DNA of 64,000 nt from an uncultured Candidatus Rokubacteria bacterium. Lineage in GTDB: Bacteria; Methylomirabilota; Methylomirabilia; Rokubacteriales; DASRDR01. Every line of letters begins with the position of its first letter. The stretch's first letter is position 1. A program made the position numbers and the translations under genes. The stretch is from positions 145,211 to 209,210 of the forward strand of contig CAWGVS010000003.1 of assembly GCA_963826115.1 (NCBI GenBank), read 5' to 3'. The notes below the pieces were generated by a model. It worked only from the letters and a program-made list of their open reading frames with translations. It made no database searches and was not told the origin of the DNA. This document shows positions 10,121 to 20,112 of this stretch, piece by piece.

Positions 10121-10540
10121 TCATTCCTCGGACACCAGGTCCTGGACCGCCCGCAGCACGTCGATGTAGCTGACGATTCCGACCACTTCACGCGTGTCTG
10201 GCTGAACCACGGGGATCGCGCCCACCTTGTTCTCGATCATCAGGTCGATCACCTCGCCCAGGTCGGTCTCCGGCTCGACCGAGATGACGTCGGAGCTCAT
10301 CGCCTCGACGACCGGCGCGGCGAGCGCCCGCCGGAGGGCGTCCGCTCCCTCCGTCGTCAGCAGGCGCCCCACGTCCAGGGCGGCGAGATCGCGGTCGCTC
10401 AGCATGCCAAGCAGGATTCCACCTCGCGCGACGGGCACGTGGCGAATGTCAGCCTCGCGCATGACGTCCCACACCTCCGCCAGAGTCGCCTGCGGAGTCA
10501 TGGTGATCGGATTCCGCGTCATCACCTCATGGGCTTTCAT
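10121..10540 (-). CDS. CBS-domain pair protein
   Basis: IRHVPV...GMLSDRD and VGAIPVV...GIVSYID. Confidence 0.9.
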   Translation of the reverse strand: MKAHEVMTRNPITMTPQATLAEVWDVMREADIRHVPVARGGILLGMLSDRDLAALDVGRLLTTEGADALRRALAAPVVEAMSSDVISVEPETDLGEVIDLMIENKVGAIPVVQPDTREVVGIVSYIDVLRAVQDLVSEE

Positions 10541-10562
10541 CGGATCGATCCCTCCCGCCCTT

Positions 10563-11501
10563 CTAGCCGGGCGAAGTGATCACCTGAGGATAGAGTCGGT
10601 CGACGTCTTCGCGGCGGCAGAGCGCGGTTCCTGGATTCATCACGGCCGCCGCGCCGGCGGCGACTCCGAAACGCACGGCCTCGCTCAGGGCACGCCCCCG
10701 GGCGAGGGAGAGCACGATGCCCGCCACCAAGCTGTCGCCGGCCCCCACGCTGCTCTTCACCTGGACGGCCGGAGAGGCCAATCGCTCCCGCTCCGAGGCG
10801 GTCACCCACAGAGCACCCCCGGCTCCGAGCGAAAGGACCAGGATCTCGCACCAGCCACGCTTGACGGCCGTGGCCGCGAGACTCGCCAGCTGCGACTCGT
10901 CGCCTCCCTGCTCCCCCGTCAGCGCCCGGAACTCCCGAAGGCTCGGCTTCAGGAGATAGACGCCCTCCTCGACGGCGCGGGCGAGCGGCGCTCCCGAGGT
11001 GTCCAGCACCACCCGGCTTCCGATCTCCCGGCCCACCGCTGCCAGGCGCGCGTAGAAGTCGACCGGGACCCCGGGCGGCAAGCTGCCGCTCGCCACCAGA
11101 AAGTCCGGCGGCGGGCGCAGCTGACGCACCCAGTCCAGGAAGACCGGCCACTCCCGGTCGCCGAGGGCCGCGCCCGGCATGCAGAAGCGGAACTGGCGGC
11201 CGCTCACCTCCTCCAGGACGTTCAGATTCTCGCGCGTCCAGCCGTCCACCGGCATCGGCGCGTGCGGCACGCCTTCTCCGTCGAGCAATCGCTTCAGCAG
11301 CTCGCCGGCCGGCCCCGCCGCGGGGAAGCAGGCCAGCGCGTCTCCGCCGAGCTTCCGGATCGCTCGCGCGACGTTGATCCCCCCGCCTCCCGGCTCGAAT
11401 GTCGGGGCTCGGCACCGGAGCTTCTGCTCGGGCAGGACGTAGGGAACGCTGGTGCTCTCGTCGACCGCTGGGTTCATCGTGAGCGTGACGATCGAGCGCA
11501 T
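10563..11501 (-). CDS. pfkB: PfkB-family hexose kinase (6-/1-phosphofructokinase-like)
   Basis: TLTMNPAVD, PGGGGINVARAI, VGAGDS. Confidence 0.9.
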   Translation of the reverse strand: MRSIVTLTMNPAVDESTSVPYVLPEQKLRCRAPTFEPGGGGINVARAIRKLGGDALACFPAAGPAGELLKRLLDGEGVPHAPMPVDGWTRENLNVLEEVSGRQFRFCMPGAALGDREWPVFLDWVRQLRPPPDFLVASGSLPPGVPVDFYARLAAVGREIGSRVVLDTSGAPLARAVEEGVYLLKPSLREFRALTGEQGGDESQLASLAATAVKRGWCEILVLSLGAGGALWVTASERERLASPAVQVKSSVGAGDSLVAGIVLSLARGRALSEAVRFGVAAGAAAVMNPGTALCRREDVDRLYPQVITSPG

Positions 11502-11527
11502 CGGTGGCCCCTCCGACGAGAGGCGCA

Positions 11528-12547
11528 TCACTCGATTGCGCGCTCGAGCTCGGGCGCGTATCGCCCATCGCGCGCCGCGCTGTTGCAGCGTGCCCGGTGA
11601 TGGAGGGCTCGTTGCCCGGCGGCCACGAGGGCCGGCTTCCCGTGCCATCGCCGCATGGCGTCATCCTGCAAGGCCCGCCCGTAGGAAAAGCTCAGTGCCC
11701 ACGGATGAGGGCCACCCTTGGCATTGATGGCATTCAGGTGAGCGGTCGCGAGAACGGCCGTCTGTCCTCCCGATAGGAACACGATCCCGGGCACGGCAGC
11801 GGGGACGGCGCGCCTGAGACAGCGAATCGTCGACGTCGCGACCTCTTCCACGTCGGCCTGGCGAGGGCAGCTCTTGCCGGCGAGCACCATGCTCGCCTTC
11901 AGGAGCATCGCCTCCGGAACGACGCGCTGATGACGGAGGGCCGAGAAGACCGCGTGCAGCGTGGCCTCGGTGACCTCGAAGCACCGCGCGATGGTGTGAT
12001 CCCCATCCATCAGGACCTCGGGTTCGACGATCGGGACGAGGCCGGCGTCCTGGCACGCCGCCGCGTAGCGAGCGAGCGCGTGCGCATTCGCCTCGATGCA
12101 GCGTGCGCTGGGGATGCCCGGTCCGATGGCGATCACTGCCCGCCACTTCGCGAAGCGCGCGCCGAGAGCCTTGTACTCGCCGAGCCGATCGCGAAGCCCG
12201 TCGAGCCCCTCGGTGACTACCTCGCCGGCCGCGCCGGCCAGCGGTCTCGTGCCCGTGTCCACCTTGATGCCGGGCAGGGTCCCCCGCCGTGTGAGGAGCT
12301 CGGGGAAAGGCGTGCCGTCATCGGCCTTCTGCCGAATGGTCTCGTCGAACAGGATGACGCCGCTGATGAAGTCGGAAATGTCTCGGGTCGTGAAGAGCAG
12401 CTGCCGATAGAGACGGCGATTCTCCTCGCTGTTCTCGATGCCGAGGGCCGCGAAGCGCTTGGCGATCGTGGGATGGCTCTCGTCGGCAGCCAGGATCCCC
12501 CTTCCCGGGGCAACCAGTGCTCGCGCAATCGATTCCAGGGCGTCCAT
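11528..12547 (-). CDS. Class I fructose-bisphosphate aldolase
   Basis: GILAADES, FAKWR, VPIVEPEV, FLSGGQ, FSYGRALQ. Confidence 0.95.
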   Translation of the reverse strand: MDALESIARALVAPGRGILAADESHPTIAKRFAALGIENSEENRRLYRQLLFTTRDISDFISGVILFDETIRQKADDGTPFPELLTRRGTLPGIKVDTGTRPLAGAAGEVVTEGLDGLRDRLGEYKALGARFAKWRAVIAIGPGIPSARCIEANAHALARYAAACQDAGLVPIVEPEVLMDGDHTIARCFEVTEATLHAVFSALRHQRVVPEAMLLKASMVLAGKSCPRQADVEEVATSTIRCLRRAVPAAVPGIVFLSGGQTAVLATAHLNAINAKGGPHPWALSFSYGRALQDDAMRRWHGKPALVAAGQRALHHRARCNSAARDGRYAPELERAIE

Positions 12548-12576
12548 GTCCGTTTCCTCGCCCGCTCCCGGCCCGT

Positions 12577-13230
12577 TCAGCCCCCGAGCACGAGCCCGTT
12601 CGTGACGCTCGAGACCCCGGGCGACGCCCACGCCACACGCTCGGCTTCCTGCCTCTCGGCCCACGACCGCACGTTGCCCCGCAAGGTGACGGCACTACCT
12701 TCGATCTCCACGGTGACGCGACGGGCGTCAACCTCGGCGCTGCGCCGGAACGCGTCTTCGATTCTCGTCTTGATGGTCTCGGACGTGGGTCGCGGCCTGA
12801 CCGTCACATGATTCCGGATGCCCAGCACGCCGGTGAGCCGTCGCACGGCGTCTTCGGCCGCAGTCCGCTGGTGCCCCCACTCGACGGCTCCCTCCAGGGT
12901 GATCCAGCCTTTGCTCACGACAACCTTGATGCGGTCGGGCGGGATGGAGCTGTTCCACTCGAGAAGCTGGACCGCCGCGCGCGCGAGGTCCACATCCGAG
13001 CGCCGGCTCCCGCCGGGCAGGTGCACCTCGATCTCGCTCGCCATCCCCTTCACGCCGGCCACCCGCAGCGCGGCTCGCTCGGCCTCGATCTTCTCGTGGA
13101 AGTTCTGAACCTCGCCGCTCAGGGTCACGACGCCATCCGTCACCGCCACGCCGATCCCCGCGGACTTGATGCCGGGCTCCCATTCCAGCTCGTCCACCAC
13201 TTGATCCTTCAGGAGCACGTCCGTCTTCAT
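12577..13230 (-). CDS. BON-domain protein (three BON domains, OsmY-like)
   Basis: Three repeats of G.VTL.G.V...A...A....GV. Confidence 0.9.
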   Translation of the reverse strand: MKTDVLLKDQVVDELEWEPGIKSAGIGVAVTDGVVTLSGEVQNFHEKIEAERAALRVAGVKGMASEIEVHLPGGSRRSDVDLARAAVQLLEWNSSIPPDRIKVVVSKGWITLEGAVEWGHQRTAAEDAVRRLTGVLGIRNHVTVRPRPTSETIKTRIEDAFRRSAEVDARRVTVEIEGSAVTLRGNVRSWAERQEAERVAWASPGVSSVTNGLVLGG

Positions 13231-13358
13231 GGCGCCTCTCCTCTCCGGCAGGCCTCAATTTCCCCCCGGCTGGGGCACCTTGCCGCGAGCCTGGGCCCCG
13301 CCAACTGGTCGGAGGACGGCCACGAGCACCACCGCGGCCGGCACGACGCGTGGCAGCG

Positions 13359-14330
13359 TCAGGGCCCACCCCTCGATTCGACCTCCACCAAGCTCCGCTT
13401 CCCTTCAGCCCACTCGGGATGGAGACCCAGCCGTCCGAGCGTGCTGAGCGCCCGATCCGGGTCCCCCCAGTCGCTCCACGAGACTCCCCGAACCGGCAGT
13501 ACTGCGAGATTGCCCGGCCCGGTGCTCAGCACGTCGTCCGAGAAGTTCGTCGAGGGGAGCGTCGCGTAGAGCGATCGCATGGCTTCGCGCTCGCCGAGGG
13601 TCGCATGGCGGAGCCACGCCGCCGTGAACGCGCTGAAGAGATCGGGCACGGACTCCCGAATCAGGCCGAGCAGCGCAGGCACCCGACCCACGAGGACAAA
13701 GCTGTTCCAGAGACAACCGCGCTCGAAGAGCATTTCGGCGACCGCCGCCGTGGGCTTCTCCCAGAATCGCCGGACCCGGTACACCGGATACGCGGGCCGC
13801 TCGATGAGCGGATCCCCGACCTCGATCCAGCCGTACTGCACCTCCGGACTATCCGCGCGAATCCCCAGCAGGATCACGAGGTCGGGACGAGCCTCGACCG
13901 CGGCGAAGGCCGCTTCCACGTGGGCCATGAAGCGCGCGTCGTCCGAGACGTGGTGATCCGAGGGGAATAGGGCCACCGCGTCCGACGATCCTCCGTCCGC
14001 GACGCGCAGGAGCCCGTAGAGGATCGCGGGAGCAGTGCCCCGGCCCTCGGGCTGAAGGGCCAACAACGGACCCGGCGCCCCCTCGGCGAGAAGCGGCGCA
14101 TAGAAGCGCTCGTGGGAGCGGGTCAGGACCAGGCACGTCCGATCCGGTCTCACGGCCCGCGCCACACGCGCTCGCGTCCCGTCCAGCAGCGTCACGCCGT
14201 CCATGAGCGCGCAGAACTGCTTCGGCCGCTCGTCGCCCGCAATCCGTCGCGTCAGCGGCCGGAGCCGCATCCCCTCCCCTCCGGCCAGGATGATCGCCGA
14301 TCGGCCTGCTCGCCCCGTCGGGAAGTCCAT
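13359..14330 (-). CDS. Sugar-phosphate nucleotidyltransferase (mannose-1-phosphate guanylyltransferase-like)
   Basis: IILAGGEGMRL, PKQF, RGTAPA, PSDH, FWEKP, WSDWG. Confidence 0.88.
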   Translation of the reverse strand: MDFPTGRAGRSAIILAGGEGMRLRPLTRRIAGDERPKQFCALMDGVTLLDGTRARVARAVRPDRTCLVLTRSHERFYAPLLAEGAPGPLLALQPEGRGTAPAILYGLLRVADGGSSDAVALFPSDHHVSDDARFMAHVEAAFAAVEARPDLVILLGIRADSPEVQYGWIEVGDPLIERPAYPVYRVRRFWEKPTAAVAEMLFERGCLWNSFVLVGRVPALLGLIRESVPDLFSAFTAAWLRHATLGEREAMRSLYATLPSTNFSDDVLSTGPGNLAVLPVRGVSWSDWGDPDRALSTLGRLGLHPEWAEGKRSLVEVESRGGP

Positions 14331-14397
14331 CCCCCTGCCCTGGATCGACATCTCATCCGCTCGGCCGACTTGAAGGAGGCCCATGTGCGTAATGCGT

Positions 14398-14413
14398 AGC
14401 AACGGCGCTGCCA
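14398..14413 (-). promoter_or_regulatory. Sigma-54 promoter motif heading the long leftward operon
   Basis: TGGCAG-CGCCG-TTGCT. Confidence 0.72.
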
Positions 14414-14496
14414 CTCTCGACATCTGCCATGGGCGGGCGCATCCCCGCCCGGAGGTGGCCGGCAGGCCCATCGGGGTCGCTTGCGCCGAACGACGA

Positions 14497-14534
14497 TGCG
14501 GACTGCCCGCCCCACACGGGGCAGCGATGGGACA
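14497..14534. promoter_or_regulatory. Putative shared enhancer between divergent sigma-54 promoters
   Basis: TGCGGA-N6-GCCCCA followed 20 bp later by a CGGGGC half-site. Confidence 0.35.
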
Positions 14535-14575
14535 CCGCCCGGACCACCGCGCCCATGTCCGATGCATGGCGGCGG

Positions 14576-14591
14576 TGGCACTCGGGTTGCA
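14576..14591 (+). promoter_or_regulatory. Sigma-54 promoter motif
   Basis: TGGCAC-TCGGG-TTGCA, near-consensus. Confidence 0.8.
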
Positions 14592-14652
14592 CCTCGACGC
14601 GGTGGTGCCGCGCCGGCAAGCGTGGAAAGCGAGCGCCAGTAGGGGGAAGACG

Positions 14653-15486
14653 ATGGGGTTGAAAGATCTGCTGGTGCACGTGGACAACGACCCGGCATGC
14701 GGCTCGCGCGTGGACGTCGCGGTCGCCTTGGCCGCGAAACATGGAGCTCATCTCACGGGCCTGCATGCCATGGGACGCCCTCCCCAACTGCCCGGCTACA
14801 TCGAGTTGCAGCTGCCGCCGAGCTTCCAAGAGGAGCAGCAGCGGCAGCGCGAGGAGCTCGCCCGCCGGGCGGAGGAGCAGTTCCACGACCGGACACGGCG
14901 ACGCGGGATCCGTGGCGAGTGGCGGGTCGACGCTGGCGACATCGTCGAGGCAACGAAGCTGCACGCCCGATACGCCGACCTCACGGTCATCGGCCAGGGT
15001 CTCGACCTCGGCAACGCGCCTTACGACCTCGCTTCCCTCCCCGAGAACCTGGTCCTCGGCGTGGGCCGGCCTGTGCTGGTCGTCCCACGCTACGGGGCTT
15101 TCGAGACGGTCGGCGAGCGGGTCATGATCGCGTGGAACGGGAGCCGCGAGGCGACACGGGCGGTGCACGATGCGATTCCGCTCCTGCAGCTCGCGACGAA
15201 CGTCACGGTGCTCTCGGTCGACCCCGAGCGCGACTCAGGGCGCCGGTCGCCGGGTGCGGACATCGCGCTCCACCTGGCACGCCACGGTGTCACGGCCGAA
15301 GCGGCATCGACGGTGGGCCTCGACATGCGGGTCGGTGACCTGCTCCTCTCCCGCGCAGCCGATCTCGGAGTCGATCTCATCGTCATGGGCGCCTATGGGC
15401 ACACGCGCATGCGCGAGATGGTGCTGGGCGGGGCGACCCGAGACCTGCTCCAGCACATGACCGTGCCCGTGCTGATGTCCCATTGA
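14653..15486 (+). CDS. Universal stress protein (tandem type)
   Basis: KDLLVHVD...; IAWNGSREATRA; DLIVMGAYGHTRMREMVLGGAT...VPVLMSH. Confidence 0.93.
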   Translation: MGLKDLLVHVDNDPACGSRVDVAVALAAKHGAHLTGLHAMGRPPQLPGYIELQLPPSFQEEQQRQREELARRAEEQFHDRTRRRGIRGEWRVDAGDIVEATKLHARYADLTVIGQGLDLGNAPYDLASLPENLVLGVGRPVLVVPRYGAFETVGERVMIAWNGSREATRAVHDAIPLLQLATNVTVLSVDPERDSGRRSPGADIALHLARHGVTAEAASTVGLDMRVGDLLLSRAADLGVDLIVMGAYGHTRMREMVLGGATRDLLQHMTVPVLMSH

Positions 15487-15700
15487 GATTCGCTCCGGAC
15501 AATGGTGCCGATGCCCGAGATCTCGATGATCCGGACCCAGAGGAGTCAGAAGTCCGGAGGCATCGCTTCCCATGTTGGGGCGACGTCCGAGGAGACCTTG
15601 CGGAACCGGGGCCCGCGCTACCGGGACCTCGAGCGGAAGGCCACCGACGGCAACCGGTCGAGCTGACCACCGAGAGCCGGAAGCGACGTCTCGAACTGCC

Positions 15701-18385
15701 ATGGGGCCGCGACCACCGAGCCTGACCGACGTTGCCCGCGCTGCGGACCTGTCGGCAAACGGCCCGTCGGCCGCCGACGAGAGTCCCCCGATCAGTCGCG
15801 AGTGGCACGCCCTCTCTCCTTCGGAGGTCCTGGCGCTCCTGACCGTCGATCCGGAATCGGGACTCGGAGCCGACGAAGCGCGCCGCCGGCTCGCGCGCAT
15901 CGGTCCAAACGCCGTTGGCGAGCACCCCGACACGCCCCTGTGGCGTCTCGCGCTCGCCCAGTTCCGCAGCCTCGTCGTCCTGCTCCTCCTGGCCGCCTCG
16001 GCCGTCGCGGGCTCGCTCGGGGAGCATGTCGAAGCGCTCGCGATCCTGGCCGCGCTCGGGCTCAACGCGGGGCTCGGGTTCTTCACCGAGTGGCGGGCCC
16101 GCATCTCGCTGGCGAAGCTGCGTGCCCTGGCGGTGCCTCACGCCCTCGTGCGGCGGGATGGGGACGTCGTCCGGATCCGCGCCGCCGAGGTGGTGCCCGG
16201 CGATCTGCTGATCCTCGAGGCGGGAGCTCATGTCCCGGCGGACGCGCGGCTCGTCCGGAGCAGCCGTCTCCGCACCGCCGAGGCGACATTGACCGGCGAG
16301 AGCGTGCCGGTCGACAAGGACGCCGATGCGCGCCTCGCCCCCGAAACAGCGCTCGCCGACCGCCGCACGATGGTGTACCTCGGGACCACGGTGGTCGCCG
16401 GAAGCGGCCTGGCCGTCGTGACCGCGACCGGCGTCGCGACGGAGCTGGGCCGCATCGGCCAACTGGTTGCCCTCGCCGAAGAGCGGACCACCCCGCTCGA
16501 AGGGCAGGTCGAGGGGCTCGGTCGCCGCCTGATCGGGTTCGCGCTCGGGACGTGCAGCGTCGTCGCCCTGACGGGAATCCTCCGTGGCCTGCCGGTTGGG
16601 CTCATGCTCGAGACGGCCATCACGCTGGCCATCGCCGCAATCCCGGAGGGCTTGCCCGCCGTCACGACGGTGGCGCTCGCCGCCGGTCTCTGGCGCCTCG
16701 CGCGCTCGGGGGCGCTCGTCCGGCGGCTTCCGGCCGTGGAAACCCTCGGCTCGACGACGGTGATCTGCACCGACAAGACCGGGACCATGACCGAGAACCG
16801 CATGACCGTGAGCCGCCTCCACGTGGACCAAGAGACGATTGCCGTCGTCTCGCGCACACCGGGAGCGGCCCGGGAGTTCATTCGCGACGACGTGACTTTC
16901 GATCCCCTCGCCGATGCCCGGCTCGTGCGCCTCCTGACGGTAGGCGCGCTCGTCAACGACGCCAGCGTGACCCACGGCCCGGATGGTCTCGAGTTCCAGG
17001 GTGATCCGACGGAGATCGCCTTGCTGGCGGCCGCCTTGGACGCCGGGCTCGACCCTGTGGCCCTCGGCCGCGGGTGGCCGCGGCGCGGAGAGATCCCCTT
17101 TGATCCCACGGTGCGACTGATGGCCACCCTCCACGAGACGGAGGAGGGCCGCGCGCTCTGCGTGAAGGGGGCGCCCGCCGCCGTGCTCGAGGCGTCGATC
17201 CAGTACGACACGCGGAGGGGCCCGGCGCCACTGACCGAGGAGACCCGGGCCGCTCTCCTCGAGGCGAACCGGGCGCTCGCCCGCGAGGGGCTTCGTGTGC
17301 TGGCAGTAGCCTGGCACCCCGAGGGCTGGCCGGAGCGCGGCCGCATCGAGGGGCTGACGTTCCTCGGATTCGTGGGGCTCGAGGACCCGGTGCGGAGCGG
17401 CGTCCGGGAGGCGCTCGCGCGCTGCGCCACCGCCGGGATCCGCACCATCATGCTCACGGGCGATCAGCGCCTGACGGCGGAAGCAGTCGGTCGCCAGCTG
17501 GGCCTCACGCCCGAATCGATCCGGAGCCGCGTCAGCCCCCAGGACAAGCTCGACCTCATCATGGCGCTCCAGGCCGAAGGCGAGATCGTGGCCATGACCG
17601 GGGACGGCGTCAACGACGCCCCGGCCTTGGCTCGGGCGGACATCGGAGTCGCCATGGGTCGCCACGGCACGGACATCGCCCGCGAGGCGGCCGACGTGGT
17701 CCTCACCGACGACAACTTCGCGACGATTGCCCGGGCGGTCGAGGAAGGCCGGGTGATCTACGCCAACCTGCGCAAGGTCATCCACTTCCTGTTCACCTGC
17801 AACCTCTCCGAGATCCTGGCCGTCTTCGTCGCGATCCTGCTGGGCTTCCCCGCCCCGCTCCTGCCACTCCAGATTCTGTGGGTGAACCTGGTCACGGACA
17901 TCCTGCCCGCGATGGCGCTGATCCGCGATCCGGCCGAGCCCGACGTCATGCGTCGGCCGCCGCGGGACCCCCGGGACGCCCTCGTCACGTGGCGCTTCGG
18001 GCGGCGCATGCTGGCGGAAGGCGCCCTCCTGAGTGCCGGCGTCCTGGGCGCCTACCTCTGGGCGGTCTGGCAGGACGGCCCGGGCCCCCGGGCCAGCACC
18101 ATCGCATTCGTCGCGCTCGTCCTGATCCACCCGCTCCAGGCGATGAACTGCCGCTCGGATCGGCTCGGATGGTGGCGATTGCCCCCGAACGGCCTCTCCT
18201 GGGCCGCGGTCGCGATCCTCTGGGCCGTTCAGTGGGCGGCCGTGTCCTGGGCCCCGCTCGCGCACCTCCTCGGAACGGTGAGCCTTTCAGCCGGCGACTG
18301 GGGCCTAGTGACGCTGTGGGTGCTGTCCCCGGTGGTGCTCCTCGAGGCCCTCAAGGCCGCTCAGGCCCGAGCGGGCCGGCGATGA
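15701..18385 (+). CDS. Cation-transporting P-type ATPase (P2A, CtpF-like)
   Basis: TGES, IPEGL, DKTGT, MLTGD, TGDGVNDAPAL, QILWVNLVTD; start uncertain. Confidence 0.95.
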   Translation: MGPRPPSLTDVARAADLSANGPSAADESPPISREWHALSPSEVLALLTVDPESGLGADEARRRLARIGPNAVGEHPDTPLWRLALAQFRSLVVLLLLAASAVAGSLGEHVEALAILAALGLNAGLGFFTEWRARISLAKLRALAVPHALVRRDGDVVRIRAAEVVPGDLLILEAGAHVPADARLVRSSRLRTAEATLTGESVPVDKDADARLAPETALADRRTMVYLGTTVVAGSGLAVVTATGVATELGRIGQLVALAEERTTPLEGQVEGLGRRLIGFALGTCSVVALTGILRGLPVGLMLETAITLAIAAIPEGLPAVTTVALAAGLWRLARSGALVRRLPAVETLGSTTVICTDKTGTMTENRMTVSRLHVDQETIAVVSRTPGAAREFIRDDVTFDPLADARLVRLLTVGALVNDASVTHGPDGLEFQGDPTEIALLAAALDAGLDPVALGRGWPRRGEIPFDPTVRLMATLHETEEGRALCVKGAPAAVLEASIQYDTRRGPAPLTEETRAALLEANRALAREGLRVLAVAWHPEGWPERGRIEGLTFLGFVGLEDPVRSGVREALARCATAGIRTIMLTGDQRLTAEAVGRQLGLTPESIRSRVSPQDKLDLIMALQAEGEIVAMTGDGVNDAPALARADIGVAMGRHGTDIAREAADVVLTDDNFATIARAVEEGRVIYANLRKVIHFLFTCNLSEILAVFVAILLGFPAPLLPLQILWVNLVTDILPAMALIRDPAEPDVMRRPPRDPRDALVTWRFGRRMLAEGALLSAGVLGAYLWAVWQDGPGPRASTIAFVALVLIHPLQAMNCRSDRLGWWRLPPNGLSWAAVAILWAVQWAAVSWAPLAHLLGTVSLSAGDWGLVTLWVLSPVVLLEALKAAQARAGRR

Positions 18386-19452
18386 GGAAATCGCCGATCC
18401 GCGTGCCGTCGACCAGATCGCCCCTGCGCCTGGGCAAGCTTCCGCCCGCCTTGCTCGATCGGCTGCTGCGATGGGGCGGGGCGAGAGACGACCGCGTGCT
18501 GGTGGGACCCGGCTGTGGCGTGGACGCGGCGGTCGTCAGGGTTGGCTCTCGGGGGCTCGTGCTCAAGAGCGATCCGGTGACGTTCGCGACGACCCACCTC
18601 GGCTGGTACGTCGTCCAGGTGAACGCCAACGACATCGCCGTCATGGGCGCCCGGCCCTGCTGGTTCCAGCCGACGATCCTCTTGCCGCCGGGCACCCGGG
18701 CTCCGCAGGTCATGGCCATCGCCCGCGACATTGACCGGGCGTGTCGGACGCTGGGCATCGCCGTGACGGGAGGACACACCGAGGTCACGGACGGAGTCAC
18801 CCGGGCCATCGTGGCCGGCGACATGCAAGGCCTGCTGCTCGGGCGCCGGCCGATCACGGCGGCGGGCGCTCGCCCGGGCGACGTGGTGCTGCTCACCAAG
18901 GCGGCGGGCATCGAAGGCACCGCGATTCTCTCGCTGGAGCGGGCCCAGGAGCTCCGGCGAGCCCTCCCGGCTGCCATCCTTCGCCGGGCCCAAGGCTTCC
19001 GCCGCCGACCCGGAATCTCGGTGGTGAGAGAAGCGACGGTCGCGGCCCGGCACGGAGCCTCGGCGATGCACGACCCGACGGAAGGGGGCGTGCGCGCCGC
19101 CCTTCACGAGCTGGCGCACGCGTCCGGCGTGCGTCTTCGGGTCGACCTCGATCGCGTGCCGATCCGTCTCGAGACCGATCGCCTCTGTCGCCACTTCGAC
19201 ATCGACCCGCTCGGTCTCATCGGATCTGGCGCCCTCCTGGTGGCGATCGGGTCGAGGCGCGTCGCCGCGTTGCGGCGCGCCTGGCGACGGGACGGCATCG
19301 TCGGCCACGTGATCGGTCAGATCGAGCGCGGGCACGGCGTCGTGGCGCGGCGGGCTGGACGACCGGTGCCGTTCCCCTGGGTGGCGCAGGATGAGATCGT
19401 CAAGGCGCTCTCCCGACGCCGCGCGCGAAGGCTCACCGCGCGACGACCATGA
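18382..19452 (+). CDS. AIR synthase/PurM-like protein (HypE/ThiL/SelD fold)
   Basis: GVDAAVV, SDPVT, NANDIA, GGHTE, GARPGD, MHDPTEGG; ATGA overlap. Confidence 0.85.
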   Translation: MRKSPIRVPSTRSPLRLGKLPPALLDRLLRWGGARDDRVLVGPGCGVDAAVVRVGSRGLVLKSDPVTFATTHLGWYVVQVNANDIAVMGARPCWFQPTILLPPGTRAPQVMAIARDIDRACRTLGIAVTGGHTEVTDGVTRAIVAGDMQGLLLGRRPITAAGARPGDVVLLTKAAGIEGTAILSLERAQELRRALPAAILRRAQGFRRRPGISVVREATVAARHGASAMHDPTEGGVRAALHELAHASGVRLRVDLDRVPIRLETDRLCRHFDIDPLGLIGSGALLVAIGSRRVAALRRAWRRDGIVGHVIGQIERGHGVVARRAGRPVPFPWVAQDEIVKALSRRRARRLTARRP

Positions 19453-19485
19453 CCGTGCGCGGCACGGTCCCTCGGAGGGGCCCGC

Positions 19486-19523
19486 TGGGGAGGGACCGCC
19501 TCTGCTGAGGCACGGGCGGGACA
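19486..19523. promoter_or_regulatory. Putative enhancer
   Basis: TGGGGA-N6-GCCTCT plus a TGAGGC half-site 20 bp later. Confidence 0.3.
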
Positions 19524-19563
19524 GCGAACGTCGCGAATCGCCTTTGTTTCCGTCGCTTTCCTC

Positions 19564-19579
19564 TGGCACTTCCGTTGCA
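19564..19579 (+). promoter_or_regulatory. Sigma-54 promoter motif (hpf-usp-groL)
   Basis: TGGCAC-TTCCG-TTGCA, near-consensus. Confidence 0.82.
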
Positions 19580-19650
19580 GTTGCCGCAATGGGCGCGATC
19601 GACGCGCCCCCGACTGCGGACCAGCGGAGGACCGAACGAGGAGCAAGACC

Positions 19651-20070
19651 ATGGCGATCGAGATCCGAGGCGTCCCGACCGACTCCGCCTTACGCGCGCA
19701 CGTGACGGCCCGGCTGACGCCCAGCCTGGCGCACCTGGCCACGAAGCCGATCACCGCGCAGGTGACCTTCTTCGACGAAAACGGGCCGAAAGGCGGAGTG
19801 GCCATGCGCAGCGCGATCACGGTGCGTCTGCCATACCGGCCCCACGTCCACGCCGAGGACACTGCCACGACGCTGCGGGCGGCCTTCGATGGCGCCTTCG
19901 CGAAGCTCGAGCGGGAGCTCGAGCGATATCGGGACCGAGACCGGGAGAGCAAGCGGCATCCGAAGAAGTACTACACCGCCATGCGACTCATGACGACGGA
20001 CACGGGAGCCGCGAGCGCGCCGCCCCAGCGCCGGTCCGGTCGGCGGGCGCCCAATCGCGGTCGGCCCTGA
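19651..20070 (+). CDS. HPF/RaiA-family ribosome-associated protein
   Basis: S30AE-like pattern IEIRG...DSALRAHV...DENGPKGG...AAFDGAFAKLEREL; GAGGAG RBS. Confidence 0.8.
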   Translation: MAIEIRGVPTDSALRAHVTARLTPSLAHLATKPITAQVTFFDENGPKGGVAMRSAITVRLPYRPHVHAEDTATTLRAAFDGAFAKLERELERYRDRDRESKRHPKKYYTAMRLMTTDTGAASAPPQRRSGRRAPNRGRP

Positions 20071-20112
20071 CGGGACAGCGCGGGAATGGCGGGGCCGCTC
20101 GCGGACGCAGGC

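Noticed and set aside
15383-18265. 960-aa antisense ORF and similar long shadow ORFs (22423-24174, 34439-36295, 39255-41909)
   Set aside because: They mirror well-supported genes on the other strand, which is expected from high-GC codon bias; no domains recognised.
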